From assembly GCA_963662625.1 (NCBI GenBank), contig OY759726.1, positions 320,001 to 384,000 on the forward strand: DNA of 64,000 bases, in the 5' to 3' direction. The position numbers were made by a program, and so were the translations under genes. The stretch comes from Nitrosopumilus sp. GTDB lineage: Archaea > Thermoproteota > Nitrososphaeria > Nitrososphaerales > Nitrosopumilaceae. This document shows, one piece after another, positions 8,894 through 19,067 of the stretch. The number at the start of each line of letters is the position of its first letter. Positions within the stretch are counted from its first letter, which is position 1. The notes under the pieces are model-generated. The model ran no database searches and had not been told where the DNA came from. It saw nothing but the letters and a program-made list of their open reading frames with translations.

Positions 8894-10933
8894 ATGAACC
8901 TCCAGGAACTGCTGCCTTTTGGGGCTGGCATCGCGGCTTTCATAGTTGCCGCGATCATGGTGGCCTGGATCTCAAAGCAGCCCAGCGGCACAAAAGAGAT
9001 GATGGAGATCTCAAACGCCGTCAGGGTGGGGGCCGCCGCGTTCCTGAAGCGCGAAATGAAGATCATCGTGCCCGTCGCGGTCGTCCTGGCCGTCATCATC
9101 GGGGTCTTCCTGCAGCCGTCAAACGGCATCGCCTTTGCGGTCGGCGCGGCGCTTTCCGCGGTGGCGGGGCTGATATCGCTCAAAATCACCGTAAAGGCAG
9201 CTGTCAGGGCGGCCAACCTGAGCAGCAGCGGCCTCGGGAAGACATTTGCCATGGCGTTCAGGGGCGGGGCCACCGTCGGCCTGGCAGTGCCTGCCATGGC
9301 GCTGCTCGCGATAACCGGGCTCTACCTGATCTACCCGGATCCAATCACCATCGCGGGGGTGGGCATCGGGGCCAGCCTCATCGCGCTGTTCATCAGGATC
9401 GGCGGCGGGATATTCACAAAGGCCGCGGACATGGGGGCCGATCTCGTGGGAAAGGTGGAGGCGAACATACCAGAGGACGATCCCCGCAATCCCGCAACCA
9501 TCGCGGACAACGTCGGCGACAACGTCGGCGACGCGGCGGGGATGGGATCCGACGTGTACGAGTCCTACATCGTGACGATACTCGCCTCCCTGCTCATCGT
9601 GGCGCTGATCGGCGCGCCCGAACTGTTCCTTTACCCCATACTGATCGGATCGTCCGGGATGATCGCGTCCATCGTGGGCGTCGCGACCATCGGCTCCAAG
9701 AACGTCACGGACGTCATGAAGCCCCTCAACCTCTCGTTTTACGTCTCTGCAGGCATAGCCATCGCCCTCAACTTCGCGTTCACCATGGTGTTCGTGGGGG
9801 ACTCGATCACCGCGTACGCGCTGTTTGGCACCACGGTGATAGGCGTAATACTGGTGCCCGTAATCCAAAAGATCACGGACAAGTACACCAACTACAAGTA
9901 CGGCCCGGTAAACGAGATCGCCGATTCCGCAAAGTGGGGCTACGCGTCGCTGACCCTGATGGGAATAATCAAGGGGCTGCAGTCCACGGGCCCGTTCATG
10001 ATCGCGCTGGTGGCCGCAATAATAATCTCGTTCGCAATATCGTCCTCCGCCGCCCCCGAGGGGGCGGACCCTGTCATATACGGGATATTCGGCACCTCGC
10101 TGACCGCCATGGCGATGCTGAGCCTTGCGGGCATCGTGCTCAGCATCGACGCGTTCGGGCCGATCGCGGACAACGCCGGGGGCATAGTCGAGATGACCGG
10201 GATGGGGGATGAGAACCGGAAGGTCACAGACGAGATCGACGCGGTCGGGAACACCACCAAGGCGGTCACCAAGGGGTTCGCGATCGCCAGCGCGGCCCTG
10301 GCGGCCCTGGCCATGATCCAGGCGTTCCAGTTCGAGGCGTCACACGTGTTCGCGGGCGTCCTTGAGATGAGCTACAGCCTGACGAACCCGTCGGTAATCG
10401 TCGGGCTGCTGGTGGGCGGCCTCGTGCCTTTCATCATCACGGGGCAGCTGATCAACGGCGTGTCGCGCGCGGCCGGCAAGATGGTCGACGAGGTCCGGAG
10501 GCAGTTCAAGGCGGATCCCGAGATCCTCACTGGCAAGTCCAAGCCCGACTATGCAAGGTGCGTGGACATCGCCACGGTGGCGTCGATCAAGGAGCTCTGG
10601 AAGTCCGCGATCATCGCGATCATCGCGCCGATCATCCTGGGCATCCTGCTCGGGCCCACCGCGGTGGCGGGGCTGCTCATGGGCTCGGTGGTGACGGGGA
10701 TATTCCTGGCGTACCACCTGGCTAACACCGGCGGCGCGTGGGACAACGCGAAGAAGCTGATGGAGATGAAGGGGAAGAAGGGCTCCGAGGAGCACAAGGT
10801 CGCGGTGGTGGGGGACATCATAGGCGACCCGTACAAGGACACCGCGGGGCCGGCGCTCAACACCGTGATCAAGCTGCTCAACACCATCGCGATCGTGTTC
10901 GCCCCGGCGTTCATCGCGATAATCGCGATCTAG
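8894..10933 (+). CDS. hppA: Membrane-bound H+-translocating pyrophosphatase, K+-independent type
   Basis: GGGIFTKAADMGADLVGKVE, DNVGDNVGD, GNTTKA (Lys signature), GDPYKDTAGP. Confidence 0.95.
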   Translation: MNLQELLPFGAGIAAFIVAAIMVAWISKQPSGTKEMMEISNAVRVGAAAFLKREMKIIVPVAVVLAVIIGVFLQPSNGIAFAVGAALSAVAGLISLKITVKAAVRAANLSSSGLGKTFAMAFRGGATVGLAVPAMALLAITGLYLIYPDPITIAGVGIGASLIALFIRIGGGIFTKAADMGADLVGKVEANIPEDDPRNPATIADNVGDNVGDAAGMGSDVYESYIVTILASLLIVALIGAPELFLYPILIGSSGMIASIVGVATIGSKNVTDVMKPLNLSFYVSAGIAIALNFAFTMVFVGDSITAYALFGTTVIGVILVPVIQKITDKYTNYKYGPVNEIADSAKWGYASLTLMGIIKGLQSTGPFMIALVAAIIISFAISSSAAPEGADPVIYGIFGTSLTAMAMLSLAGIVLSIDAFGPIADNAGGIVEMTGMGDENRKVTDEIDAVGNTTKAVTKGFAIASAALAALAMIQAFQFEASHVFAGVLEMSYSLTNPSVIVGLLVGGLVPFIITGQLINGVSRAAGKMVDEVRRQFKADPEILTGKSKPDYARCVDIATVASIKELWKSAIIAIIAPIILGILLGPTAVAGLLMGSVVTGIFLAYHLANTGGAWDNAKKLMEMKGKKGSEEHKVAVVGDIIGDPYKDTAGPALNTVIKLLNTIAIVFAPAFIAIIAI

Positions 10934-11109
10934 CCGTCCGTCGTCCGGGTCATGTCAAGCTCGTCTATCTGGGCCTGTATCGCCCTCTTCAGGGTGTCGC
11001 CGTGCCTATCGCAGAACCTGAAATAGCCGTCGACCGTCTGGAAGCACCCGCAGATCCACCCTGTCTCCTTGTCGCCCTCCACGGTCCACCTCGAGTACCT
11101 GTTCTCCAT
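10930..11109 (-). CDS. Small hypothetical protein (CxC...C..H, possibly zinc-binding)
   Basis: 59-aa MENRYSRW... frame with an AT-rich promoter-like region upstream (11140-11160). Confidence 0.55.
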   Translation of the reverse strand: MENRYSRWTVEGDKETGWICGCFQTVDGYFRFCDRHGDTLKRAIQAQIDELDMTRTTDG

Positions 11110-11165
11110 GCACCCGGTGCGCGCAGGATCCAATATAGATTTTGTATAAAAAAAATAAAAGGCGT

Positions 11166-11423
11166 TTAAGGACAGCCTTCCATCTTCTGGATGAAGTATC
11201 CTTTCTCCTTGATCGCCTGCTCTACGGGCTCTGGGGCGCCCTGGGAATGGCAGAACTGGCATTCGTTGGCAGTTATGGTGGCGTTCCCCTCGCCGATTGA
11301 CTCCAGCCACTCCTTGCCGTACGCTATGGCCTTCTCGTGGTTCTTCTCCTCGGTGATCACGTCAAAGTGCATGGTGTGCCCGTCTGCGGCCTTGACGTAA
11401 CTGTCGTATACGTGGATTTCCAT
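11166..11423 (-). CDS. DUF2024 family protein
   Basis: HVYDSYV...MHFDV...ECQFCHS. Confidence 0.85.
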   Translation of the reverse strand: MEIHVYDSYVKAADGHTMHFDVITEEKNHEKAIAYGKEWLESIGEGNATITANECQFCHSQGAPEPVEQAIKEKGYFIQKMEGCP

Positions 11424-11471
11424 GCTACCCCTAAAAGCAAGGGATATTTAATTCAAAGATCTACCCCCCGC

Positions 11472-11858
11472 ATGGGGAGCCGGGTCAGCGTCGACGTTCC
11501 AGGGCACGGTTCCATCCTCCTGGAACTGGGCGGAGGCGACTCGCCCAGGACCGCGGGGGAGCTCGTCCGGAGGCTCCCGTTCAAGGCCACGCTGCACGTG
11601 TGGGGGGAGGAGATCTACTCGTCAGAGTCCCCCGTCCGCATGCCGGAGGAGGGCGCGAGGCAGGCGGTGCAAAAAAACGACGTCGCCTACTGGCCCGCCG
11701 GCAGGGCGGTGTGCCTGTTCTACGGCCCCACGCCGCTCGGGGGCCGGGGGGAGATCGTCCCGGCGTCGCCCGTCAACGTCATCGGGACGATCCTGGATCC
11801 CGACAAGGGCGTGCTGGGCGTCGCCGAGGGGAAGGCCGCCGAGTTCAGGCAGTGCTGA
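11472..11858 (+). CDS. Cyclophilin-like fold protein (DUF369/TM1367-like)
   Basis: WGEEIY, DVAYWPAG.AVCLFYGPTP, PASPVNVIG. Confidence 0.85.
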   Translation: MGSRVSVDVPGHGSILLELGGGDSPRTAGELVRRLPFKATLHVWGEEIYSSESPVRMPEEGARQAVQKNDVAYWPAGRAVCLFYGPTPLGGRGEIVPASPVNVIGTILDPDKGVLGVAEGKAAEFRQC

Positions 11859-12273
11859 CCCCGGCCACCTCGACCTCCGCCATCTCGCCGTCCAGGACGA
11901 ACGCCCTGAAGCACCCGTCGATCCCGGAATATATCACCCACACTACGGGGTTGCCCCGCATGAACCTGGCGTCGGTGTCTGACGGGTACGCCGCGGAGTC
12001 TGGGTGGGAGTGGAAGATCCCCACCACGCCGACCCCCTTCCTCTCGGCCTCCTCGTACGCCCGTATCAGCTGCCCGTTGGGGATGGCAAACCTGCGCGGG
12101 GACCTCTCGGAGTTCTCGGCCAGCACCACCTCCGAGACCGTGGCGTCGCCGCCGTCCACGCTTCCTAGCAGCAGCGCGCACGACTCGTTCGGCATGCATC
12201 CCCGCGCATGGTCTGCAAGGGCCTTCCCCTGCCGTTCCGTCAGTATTATCCTTCGCAAGCCTGCATACTGCAC
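11845..12273 (-). CDS. JAB/MPN+ (M67) metallopeptidase
   Basis: PNESCALLLG...FHSHP....PS.TD JAMM motif. Confidence 0.9.
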   Translation of the reverse strand: MQYAGLRRIILTERQGKALADHARGCMPNESCALLLGSVDGGDATVSEVVLAENSERSPRRFAIPNGQLIRAYEEAERKGVGVVGIFHSHPDSAAYPSDTDARFMRGNPVVWVIYSGIDGCFRAFVLDGEMAEVEVAGVSTA

Positions 12274-12330
12274 CTGCTCCCGTTTTGTTAACCTATCTGC
12301 GCAGGCGCGGCCGCGCCCCCGCCGGGGCGC

Positions 12331-13194
12331 CTACCCGCCGCTCGCGGCTTCCGCGCCCTCCGGCACGGCAGTGGCGACCGGCGCCGCCTCCGCTTCCGGC
12401 TCCACGACGACCAGGGTCGCGACCATCCACGGGTGGACGGCGCACACGTACTCGTACTCGCCCAACTCGAGGGTGCCCGTGTCCAGGCTGAAGACCTCGC
12501 CCCCGTCAAACAGGTTGGAGTTGAATATCTGCCCAAAAGAGTCGCCCGTGTTGGTCACCGTGTGGGGGAGGTTGTCCTCGTTCGTCCATTCGGCGGCGTA
12601 CCCTTGGGGGACTACGGCCCTGTCGGGCTCGTAGTCGGGCTGTCCCTGCTCTGCCGAGCCTGCCAGCACCCTGATTGCGTACGTGGGCCCCGCCGGCTCC
12701 AAGTCCTCCGGCTCTTCCACCTCCACGACCTGCTCCTGCACCATGTAGGTGTCGGGACTGACGAAGCCGAACGCGATCCACACTATGATGCCAGTCGCCC
12801 CCGCCAGCGCCGTGATGGATCCGACCGGCTTTAGGTACTGCGGCATCTTCGCCGCCACGTACGCGATCATGATCGCCGGAAATGCTATCGCCATCAGGAT
12901 TCCTGCCAGCGTCGCCGTAAAGTCCGACGTGTTCAGCGTGAACGCGAACATCCCGAACCCGAGCCCGATCGAGATGATGACCAGCGTGGTGGCCTTTGCC
13001 TTGTTGCTGGTGGAGATCCCGCCGTCCAGGATCCCGACTGCCAGGAAGATCAGCCCGATAAACATGGTGAGGCCCGTCAGGGCGTGCATCCCGTCTATGA
13101 AGGTATGCGCAATGCCTGTATAGGATATGACCACGCCTGCCAGGCCTATGGCCGTCAGCCCCATGCCCGGCATCATGAGATCCCAGTTGCTCAT
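12331..13194 (-). CDS. Membrane-anchored blue (type 1) copper cupredoxin
   Basis: Several N-terminal hydrophobic helices; C-terminal PHTV...CAVHPWM copper ligands. Confidence 0.88.
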   Translation of the reverse strand: MSNWDLMMPGMGLTAIGLAGVVISYTGIAHTFIDGMHALTGLTMFIGLIFLAVGILDGGISTSNKAKATTLVIISIGLGFGMFAFTLNTSDFTATLAGILMAIAFPAIMIAYVAAKMPQYLKPVGSITALAGATGIIVWIAFGFVSPDTYMVQEQVVEVEEPEDLEPAGPTYAIRVLAGSAEQGQPDYEPDRAVVPQGYAAEWTNEDNLPHTVTNTGDSFGQIFNSNLFDGGEVFSLDTGTLELGEYEYVCAVHPWMVATLVVVEPEAEAAPVATAVPEGAEAASGG

Positions 13195-13338
13195 CCATGC
13201 TAGCTGGTAGGAGTGTGATACTTATTCCTTTTGAAATCGCCGGGACCGCGCGCCGCGCCTTGCGCCATCCCGGGGGGCCGCGCGCTCCGGCCGGGCATCC
13301 CACTTGGTGCCGCCACAAGACGCGCAAAAATGGGTTTT

Positions 13339-14295
13339 TCAGCACTTGGCCATGGACGGCCTCAGGGTAATCCTGAGCCTGTACATGCCGAGGATCTCCT
13401 TGCACCTGTTCCTGATCGTGACCTCGGTGACCCCCGCGATGCTGGAGACGTCCCTCTGCAGGATGCTCTGCCCTAGCAGGACGGACGCCACGTACAGGTA
13501 TGCCGCGGCGATGCCGTTGGGGGCCTTGCCGTCGGTGATGCTGCTGTCCTTCGTCTTCTCGGCGATCTCCAGGGCCAGCCTCCCCACCCTGACCTCGGTC
13601 TGGGTCATGTTGGCTATCTTCGAGATGTACTTGTCCATGGTCACCACCGGGGCTGCGGGCCTCCCCGTCTCCATGACTATGGTCCTGTAGTATTTCGCGG
13701 CAAGCTTCGTCTTTGACTTTACGTCCTTCGGGGCGCATATCTCCCTGCAGATCTCCTCGAGGGATCTCACCACGGAGCACTGCTTGCACGCCATGTAGAT
13801 CATGGCGGCGGTGATGCTGGTCACCGACTTGCCCTTCACGTCCACGTGACCGTCCAGGTTCCTGTACGCCATGGAGGCGGTCTCCAGGACGTTCTTTGAG
13901 AGGTTGAGGTTGTCGCACGCCTCGCCCATCTTGGACAGGACGTTGGCAAGCCTCCTGTCCCTCGACGAGGAGACGCGCACCCTCTTTTGCCACTTTCTGA
14001 GGTTGTTCATCTGGCTCGCGACCTGGTGGTTGATCACCTTCCCGCTAAAGTCCTTGGAGCCGATTGATATCTCGGTGGTTATTCCCAGGTCGTGCTGCGA
14101 GTACGTCGTCTGGCCGGTGGCCCTCGCAAGCCTCATCTTGTCTTCCAGGCTGGAGCTCTTCGTCTCCGGCCCGTAGTCCACGATCTGGTCCGCGACGACC
14201 ACGCCGCAGCCGGAGCAGATTATCTCGCCGTTCTGGACGTCGTCGACTAGCGACGCCTTGCATTCGGGGCAGTTCTGCCTTTCCATCACGTTCAT
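13339..14295 (-). CDS. tfb: Transcription initiation factor IIB paralog
   Basis: CPEC...CSGCG zinc ribbon, two cyclin repeats, AGVTEVTIRNR. Confidence 0.92.
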   Translation of the reverse strand: MNVMERQNCPECKASLVDDVQNGEIICSGCGVVVADQIVDYGPETKSSSLEDKMRLARATGQTTYSQHDLGITTEISIGSKDFSGKVINHQVASQMNNLRKWQKRVRVSSSRDRRLANVLSKMGEACDNLNLSKNVLETASMAYRNLDGHVDVKGKSVTSITAAMIYMACKQCSVVRSLEEICREICAPKDVKSKTKLAAKYYRTIVMETGRPAAPVVTMDKYISKIANMTQTEVRVGRLALEIAEKTKDSSITDGKAPNGIAAAYLYVASVLLGQSILQRDVSSIAGVTEVTIRNRCKEILGMYRLRITLRPSMAKC

Positions 14296-14561
14296 TTCTT
14301 CCTTCTCCCAGCCTTCTTCTGCGCGCCCGCGGGAGCCCGCCCCGCCGCAAAGACGCTCTTCCCCACGTACCTCTTGATGTTGTTGGTGAGCGGCGCTGCT
14401 GACGCAAACGGCCTCCTTACCGGGCCTATCAGTTCTACTACCTTCGCTACCTTCGTGCCGTTCTCGTCGCAGAGGACCTGTCCTTCAGCCGCCTTGTCAG
14501 ACAGCTGAATGATCACTCTGCCGCTGCCGGCCAGGTGCATCACTTCGCCTACCTCCTGCAA
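14292..14561 (-). CDS. gar1: H/ACA RNP subunit Gar1/Naf1
   Basis: VGEVMH...VAKVVELIGPVRRPF; conserved gar1-tfb adjacency. Confidence 0.82.
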   Translation of the reverse strand: MQEVGEVMHLAGSGRVIIQLSDKAAEGQVLCDENGTKVAKVVELIGPVRRPFASAAPLTNNIKRYVGKSVFAAGRAPAGAQKKAGRRKK

Positions 14562-14695
14562 TTACTGACCGTAACCACCGCGTTGCTTTCATAACCTTCT
14601 GTCAACTTTACTTTATCTAAGAGCTAGGATTGTGCGAGCAGCCGCCCGGAGCGGGGCCGGGGCCGGCGCGGGCGCGCGTTCCCGGGGCCGGCAGG

Positions 14696-14995
14696 TCACT
14701 TTGCCTGCTTGGGCCTCCTTGCGACCAGCCTCTCCGAAATCTTTCGGAGGATCCTCGTCTTGGGGGGGCCCTTTGGCAAGACGACGTACCCGGACCTCAC
14801 GTACGCCCTCCTGGGATGCCTGACTTTCTCGTCTGACTCGGTCACCTCGAAGCCGGCAGACCGCGCGGCGTCCACGAGCTCCTTCAGGGACGGATCGAAG
14901 ACGCACGCTTCCTTCCCAAGCCTCCTGCCCTTGGACCTTGGCAGGGTCTTGTTGAAATAATCCAGCCAGATTACGACGTGCTCGTAATCCTTCAT
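14696..14995 (-). CDS. srp19: Signal recognition particle protein SRP19
   Basis: IWLDYFNKTLPRSKGRR, HPR. Confidence 0.9.
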   Translation of the reverse strand: MKDYEHVVIWLDYFNKTLPRSKGRRLGKEACVFDPSLKELVDAARSAGFEVTESDEKVRHPRRAYVRSGYVVLPKGPPKTRILRKISERLVARRPKQAK

Positions 14996-14996
14996 G

Positions 14997-15377
14997 TCAG
15001 CCTACCAGGACCGCGTTGACAATCCCGGTCTGGCCGGGCTTGGAGACGACCCTGCACTTGCCCTCCTGCGTCTCCAGTATCGCGCCCTTCGTGATGATGC
15101 CCCTCCTCTGGTAGTCGTTGTTCGTGGCGTTCTCCAGGACCTTCAGGATCTTCGTCTTCTTCACCTTCGAGTCGCCCGTAGCCAGGTTGACAAAGTCCAC
15201 CGTCTTCAGCGCCGTCTTCCTGTTCTTTCCCCTCACGTTCCTCGTGACCGTGACCTGGGCCCCCGTCACGGCCTCGTTGGGGTACCTGTCGATCTCGTAC
15301 TTTCTCCTGATCCTCAGCGGGTGCCTCCTCCCGCCCGTGGTCTTGCTCGTGGCCAGGTTCTCTACGGATTTTTTCAC
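14997..15377 (-). CDS. rps8e: 30S ribosomal protein S8e
   Basis: TGGRR, RGKNRK, IITKGAI, SKPGQTG; GTG start inferred. Confidence 0.93.
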   Translation of the reverse strand: MKKSVENLATSKTTGGRRHPLRIRRKYEIDRYPNEAVTGAQVTVTRNVRGKNRKTALKTVDFVNLATGDSKVKKTKILKVLENATNNDYQRRGIITKGAILETQEGKCRVVSKPGQTGIVNAVLVG

Positions 15378-15509
15378 GATGGTGGTGGGGCCCACTCTAA
15401 TTTATACAAAACGCAGAAGCTGCGGCGCGCGCCAGTCCCCACGCCGCAGGCGCGCGAACCGCGCCCGGCCCCCGGGCGCAGACCCGGCGCGTGCCTGGCG
15501 GCGCAGGGG

Positions 15510-16082
15510 CTACGCCCCGGCGCCCCGGGATTCCCCGCCCGCGCCGGACGCCTTTGCGGCCTTCCTGACCTTGGAAAACAGCCTCTGCCTCAGGCTGTCG
15601 ACGTCGCCCTGGATGCCGAAATATTTCTGGAACTTTTCCGTGGTGCTGTAGATCTTCAGCCTTCCGACGTTCTGGTGGCTGACAAAATCCAGCTGCCGCA
15701 GTTCCTTCAGGTGCGCGTACACCCCCGAGCCCCTGGTCTCCACCAGCTGCTTTGACGAGATGGGCTGCTGGTACGCTATGTACGACAGGGTCTTGAGCGT
15801 GGCCCTTGGCAGGATCGGCTTTGACGCGTACCTCCTCACGGTGGCGCTGTACTCCGGCTTTAGCTGAAACACGTACGAGCCGTCCGGGAGCGTGACTACC
15901 TCCAGCGCTACGAATGCCGACTTGGACTTTTTCATGATGGCGTCGAGGATTGCGTGGGTCCTCGTGCGAGACTCCGTGCCCGACGCCCTTATCAGCTCTT
16001 CTATCTTCAGGGGCCTGCCGGCCGAGTACAGGGCGGCCTCTACCCGCCCAGTGGCCTCCTTGACGTCCTCGATCCTTGCCAA
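15510..16082 (-). CDS. scpB: SMC-Scp complex subunit ScpB
   Basis: VEAALYS, TLSYIAYQQPI, RG, YSTTEKFQKYFG. Confidence 0.92.
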   Translation of the reverse strand: MARIEDVKEATGRVEAALYSAGRPLKIEELIRASGTESRTRTHAILDAIMKKSKSAFVALEVVTLPDGSYVFQLKPEYSATVRRYASKPILPRATLKTLSYIAYQQPISSKQLVETRGSGVYAHLKELRQLDFVSHQNVGRLKIYSTTEKFQKYFGIQGDVDSLRQRLFSKVRKAAKASGAGGESRGAGA

Positions 16083-16098
16083 CTGCCGACCGCCCCGG

Positions 16099-16755
16099 TC
16101 ATCCCGCCTGCCCGGCCCCTGCCAGCGTGATGTTGATGTCGTCGCCCACCTGCTCGATCCCTATCTTCTCGTCCCGCGCCAGGAACAGCACCGCGAAGAA
16201 GCACCTGATGGAGTCGGTCCAGTCGAGGCCGTCGGTTATGTCCTGCAGCGTGCCGGAGCCCGTCCCGGAGATCTTCTTCATCACCAGGTCCTCGTACTTT
16301 CCGATTATGCTCTCAAGCGAGATAAAGTACTCCTGGAAGTCGGGCGGCTCGGCGGGCTCTATGTCCAGGCTCTTGCTCCTCGACTTGGGGTTCGCGATGG
16401 AGCCGATCAGGTTCTGCAGCAGCCCGAGCAGGTCGTCAAGCGAGATGGGGTAGGTGGACTCGTGCCTGTACGGGATGCCGATCATCTCGATGTCCACGTC
16501 GACCCTCCTCCTTGGCGGCTTTTTCTCCATCGCCGCCCGCTGCAGCGCAAAGATGCTTTCGACCTTCATCCTGTATATCAGCGACGACGACAGCGCCGCC
16601 ATCCCGGCAACCCTGAGGTCCTTCTTCCCGCTTTTTTCCAGCATCCCCACCAGCAGGTCCAGGATCTGGACCAGGTCTATGGACCAGACGTCCCTCTTTG
16701 CCACGGAAGACGGGCTGAACAGGATGTTCACGGGCTCTTGCGAGATGCCCGCCAT
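16099..16755 (-). CDS. scpA: Kleisin ScpA
   Basis: DVWSIDL N-terminal motif, FFAVLFLA winged helix; adjacent to scpB; start uncertain. Confidence 0.8.
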   Translation of the reverse strand: MAGISQEPVNILFSPSSVAKRDVWSIDLVQILDLLVGMLEKSGKKDLRVAGMAALSSSLIYRMKVESIFALQRAAMEKKPPRRRVDVDIEMIGIPYRHESTYPISLDDLLGLLQNLIGSIANPKSRSKSLDIEPAEPPDFQEYFISLESIIGKYEDLVMKKISGTGSGTLQDITDGLDWTDSIRCFFAVLFLARDEKIGIEQVGDDINITLAGAGQAG

Positions 16756-16869
16756 GCGGTCTTTGCTCACACATGGGCTTCTCCCCCATTCCATAATACA
16801 TGCGGGATCTATTTTTTTCCCATACCCAGTCAACTAACTTATATATTGTTCAGGCAAATCCCGTAATTC

Positions 16870-17946
16870 ATGAAATCTGCCCAGATCGTGAGCCCCAACG
16901 AGCCGCTGTCATTCTTGGAGTCCGAGACCCCAAGCCCCCAGAACGGCCAGGTGCTGGTGAGGGTAAAGGCGGTGGGCGTATGCCACAGCGACCTGCACCT
17001 GTGGGAGGGCGGGTACGACATGGGCGATGGCAACTTCATGAAGGTAACGGATCGCGGCGTAAAGTACCCCGTGACCCCCGGCCACGAGATCGTCGGCGCC
17101 GTCGAGCGGGTCGGGGGGGACGTGCGGGGCGTCTCCGTCGGCGACCAGGTGCTGGTCTACCCCTGGATAGGGTGCGGGGAGTGCAGCGCGTGCGGGGCAG
17201 GGAATGAAAACCTGTGCGACGCGCCGAGGTCGCTGGGGGTGTTCCAGGACGGGGGATATTCCGACTACGTGCTGGTCCCGCACCACAAGTACCTCATCAA
17301 GGTCTCCGGGATCGACCTCGAAGGCGCGGCATCCCTTGCCTGCTCGGGCCTCACCGCGTATTCTGCCGTAAAGAAGGCAAACGCCAACTCCCCGGAATTC
17401 ATGGTGATCATCGGCGCCGGCGGCCTCGGGCTGATGGGGGTGCAGATCGCGAAGGCGATCACCCGGGCAAAAATAATCTGCGTCGACCTGGACGAGGAAA
17501 AGCTCAACGCCGCAAAAAAGATGGGGGCCGACTTTGTGGTGAACAGCAGCGCAATAGGATCTGTCGCCACGGGCTCCGGCGACGCGGTGCAGAAGATAAT
17601 CTCGATATGCGACGGCAAGGGAGCCGACAGCGTGGTTGACTTTGTAAACGCCCCCGCCACCGCAAAGACCGGCATATCGGTCCTGCGCAAGCGCGGGAAC
17701 CTGATCCTGGTCGGACTCTTTGGCGGCTCGCTTGAGCTCCCGCTGGTCACCGTGCCGCTGAAGGCGATCACCATACAGGGGGCGTACACCGGAAACTATG
17801 CCGACCTGGTCGAGCTGCTGGAGCTTGCCAAAAAAGGAAGGCTGAACCCGATCATATCCGCGCGCTACGCCCTGGACGACGCGACATCCGCGCTGGAAGA
17901 CCTCAAGGCCAGGAAGATCGTGGGGCGCGCCGTGATAAACCCGTGA
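16870..17946 (+). CDS. Zinc-dependent alcohol dehydrogenase
   Basis: GVCHSD, GHE, CGECSAC...C, GAGGLG. Confidence 0.93.
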   Translation: MKSAQIVSPNEPLSFLESETPSPQNGQVLVRVKAVGVCHSDLHLWEGGYDMGDGNFMKVTDRGVKYPVTPGHEIVGAVERVGGDVRGVSVGDQVLVYPWIGCGECSACGAGNENLCDAPRSLGVFQDGGYSDYVLVPHHKYLIKVSGIDLEGAASLACSGLTAYSAVKKANANSPEFMVIIGAGGLGLMGVQIAKAITRAKIICVDLDEEKLNAAKKMGADFVVNSSAIGSVATGSGDAVQKIISICDGKGADSVVDFVNAPATAKTGISVLRKRGNLILVGLFGGSLELPLVTVPLKAITIQGAYTGNYADLVELLELAKKGRLNPIISARYALDDATSALEDLKARKIVGRAVINP

Positions 17947-18199
17947 CCGGGGCGGGGGCATGGCAGCGGCGTGCGCGGATCTTCGGGGCTGCGAACGCGG
18001 GGCTTCGCCCGCATGCAGGCCGCGGATCCGCCGCGCGCCTCCGGGTAATGCGCGCGCGGAACGCTCGTGGCGCCAGCGCTTTTCGCCCGCCGCGATTGCG
18101 CCGGGCCGCGGGGAACGGGCACGCGCTGCCGGCCGGTGCGTACCGCCCGCGCCTGCTGGCCACGAAGTATTAATTAACTAGTGCGTTCACATTAAACCG

Positions 18200-19015
18200 A
18201 TGCTCAAAGACTTTCACGAGTTTCTTGTAAAGCCCGGCAGCAAGGTCCACCTGGAGAAGATGAGGACGGGCTACGACGGGAAGATGAAGAAGAAGCACGC
18301 AAAAAAAGAGCTTGACGCCATACACAAGAGGATGGGCGACCTGCAGTACACCCTCGCAGCCGAAAAGAAGCAGTCGCTGCTGATAGCGCTGCAGGCGACG
18401 GACGCCGGCGGCAAGGACGGCACGATTCGGGACGTCATGCACGGGTTCAACACGCAGGGGTGCAGCGTGACGCCGTTTCGCGTTCCCAGCGACGTCGAAC
18501 GGGCCCACGACTACCTTTGGCGAATCCACAAGGCGGTTCCGCCGAAGGGGGAGATCGGGATCTTCAACCGTTCCCATTACGGCGACGTCTTGGTGGTGAG
18601 GGTGGACAACCTGGTTCCCCGCAAGCAGTGGTCGAAGAGGTACGATCACATAAACGACTTTGAGAGGATGCTGGCAGACGAGGGGGTGAGGATAATCAAG
18701 TTCTTCCTGAACATCAGCAAGGACGAGCAGAAGAGGAGGTTTGACAAGAGGCTGCACAACCCGCTGAAGCACTGGAAGGCGTCAGAAGCTGACTTTGAGA
18801 CGAGAAAGTCCTGGCCCGACTACGTAAAGGTGCACGAGGTGATGCTGGAAAAGTGCAGCACGAAATGGGCCCCCTGGTACGTCATACCCTCCGACACGAA
18901 ATGGTACCGGAACTGGGTGGTCGGGCAGATAATCACGAAGACCCTCGAAGAGATGGATCCACAGCTGCCGTCAGCCACCATCGACATTGAAAAATACAAG
19001 AAAGAGCACAGTTAG
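18200..19015 (+). CDS. Polyphosphate kinase 2 family (class III-like)
   Basis: Walker A DAGGKDG, FNRSHY, lid KHWK...D, PWYVIPSDTKWYRN. Confidence 0.9.
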   Translation: MLKDFHEFLVKPGSKVHLEKMRTGYDGKMKKKHAKKELDAIHKRMGDLQYTLAAEKKQSLLIALQATDAGGKDGTIRDVMHGFNTQGCSVTPFRVPSDVERAHDYLWRIHKAVPPKGEIGIFNRSHYGDVLVVRVDNLVPRKQWSKRYDHINDFERMLADEGVRIIKFFLNISKDEQKRRFDKRLHNPLKHWKASEADFETRKSWPDYVKVHEVMLEKCSTKWAPWYVIPSDTKWYRNWVVGQIITKTLEEMDPQLPSATIDIEKYKKEHS

Positions 19016-19067
19016 GCGCGGGGCGCCCATCGGGCAGGCCCGCAATCGCCGGCCGTGAGCCAGCGCT

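Noticed and set aside
11845-12273. JAB protein as CBASS Cap3 or part of a ubiquitin-like defence system
   Set aside because: No cyclase, E1/E2 or ubiquitin-like gene nearby; housekeeping context.
14562-14630. Structured leader or K-turn upstream of gar1
   Set aside because: Only weak pairing; equally explained as a promoter with a short leader.
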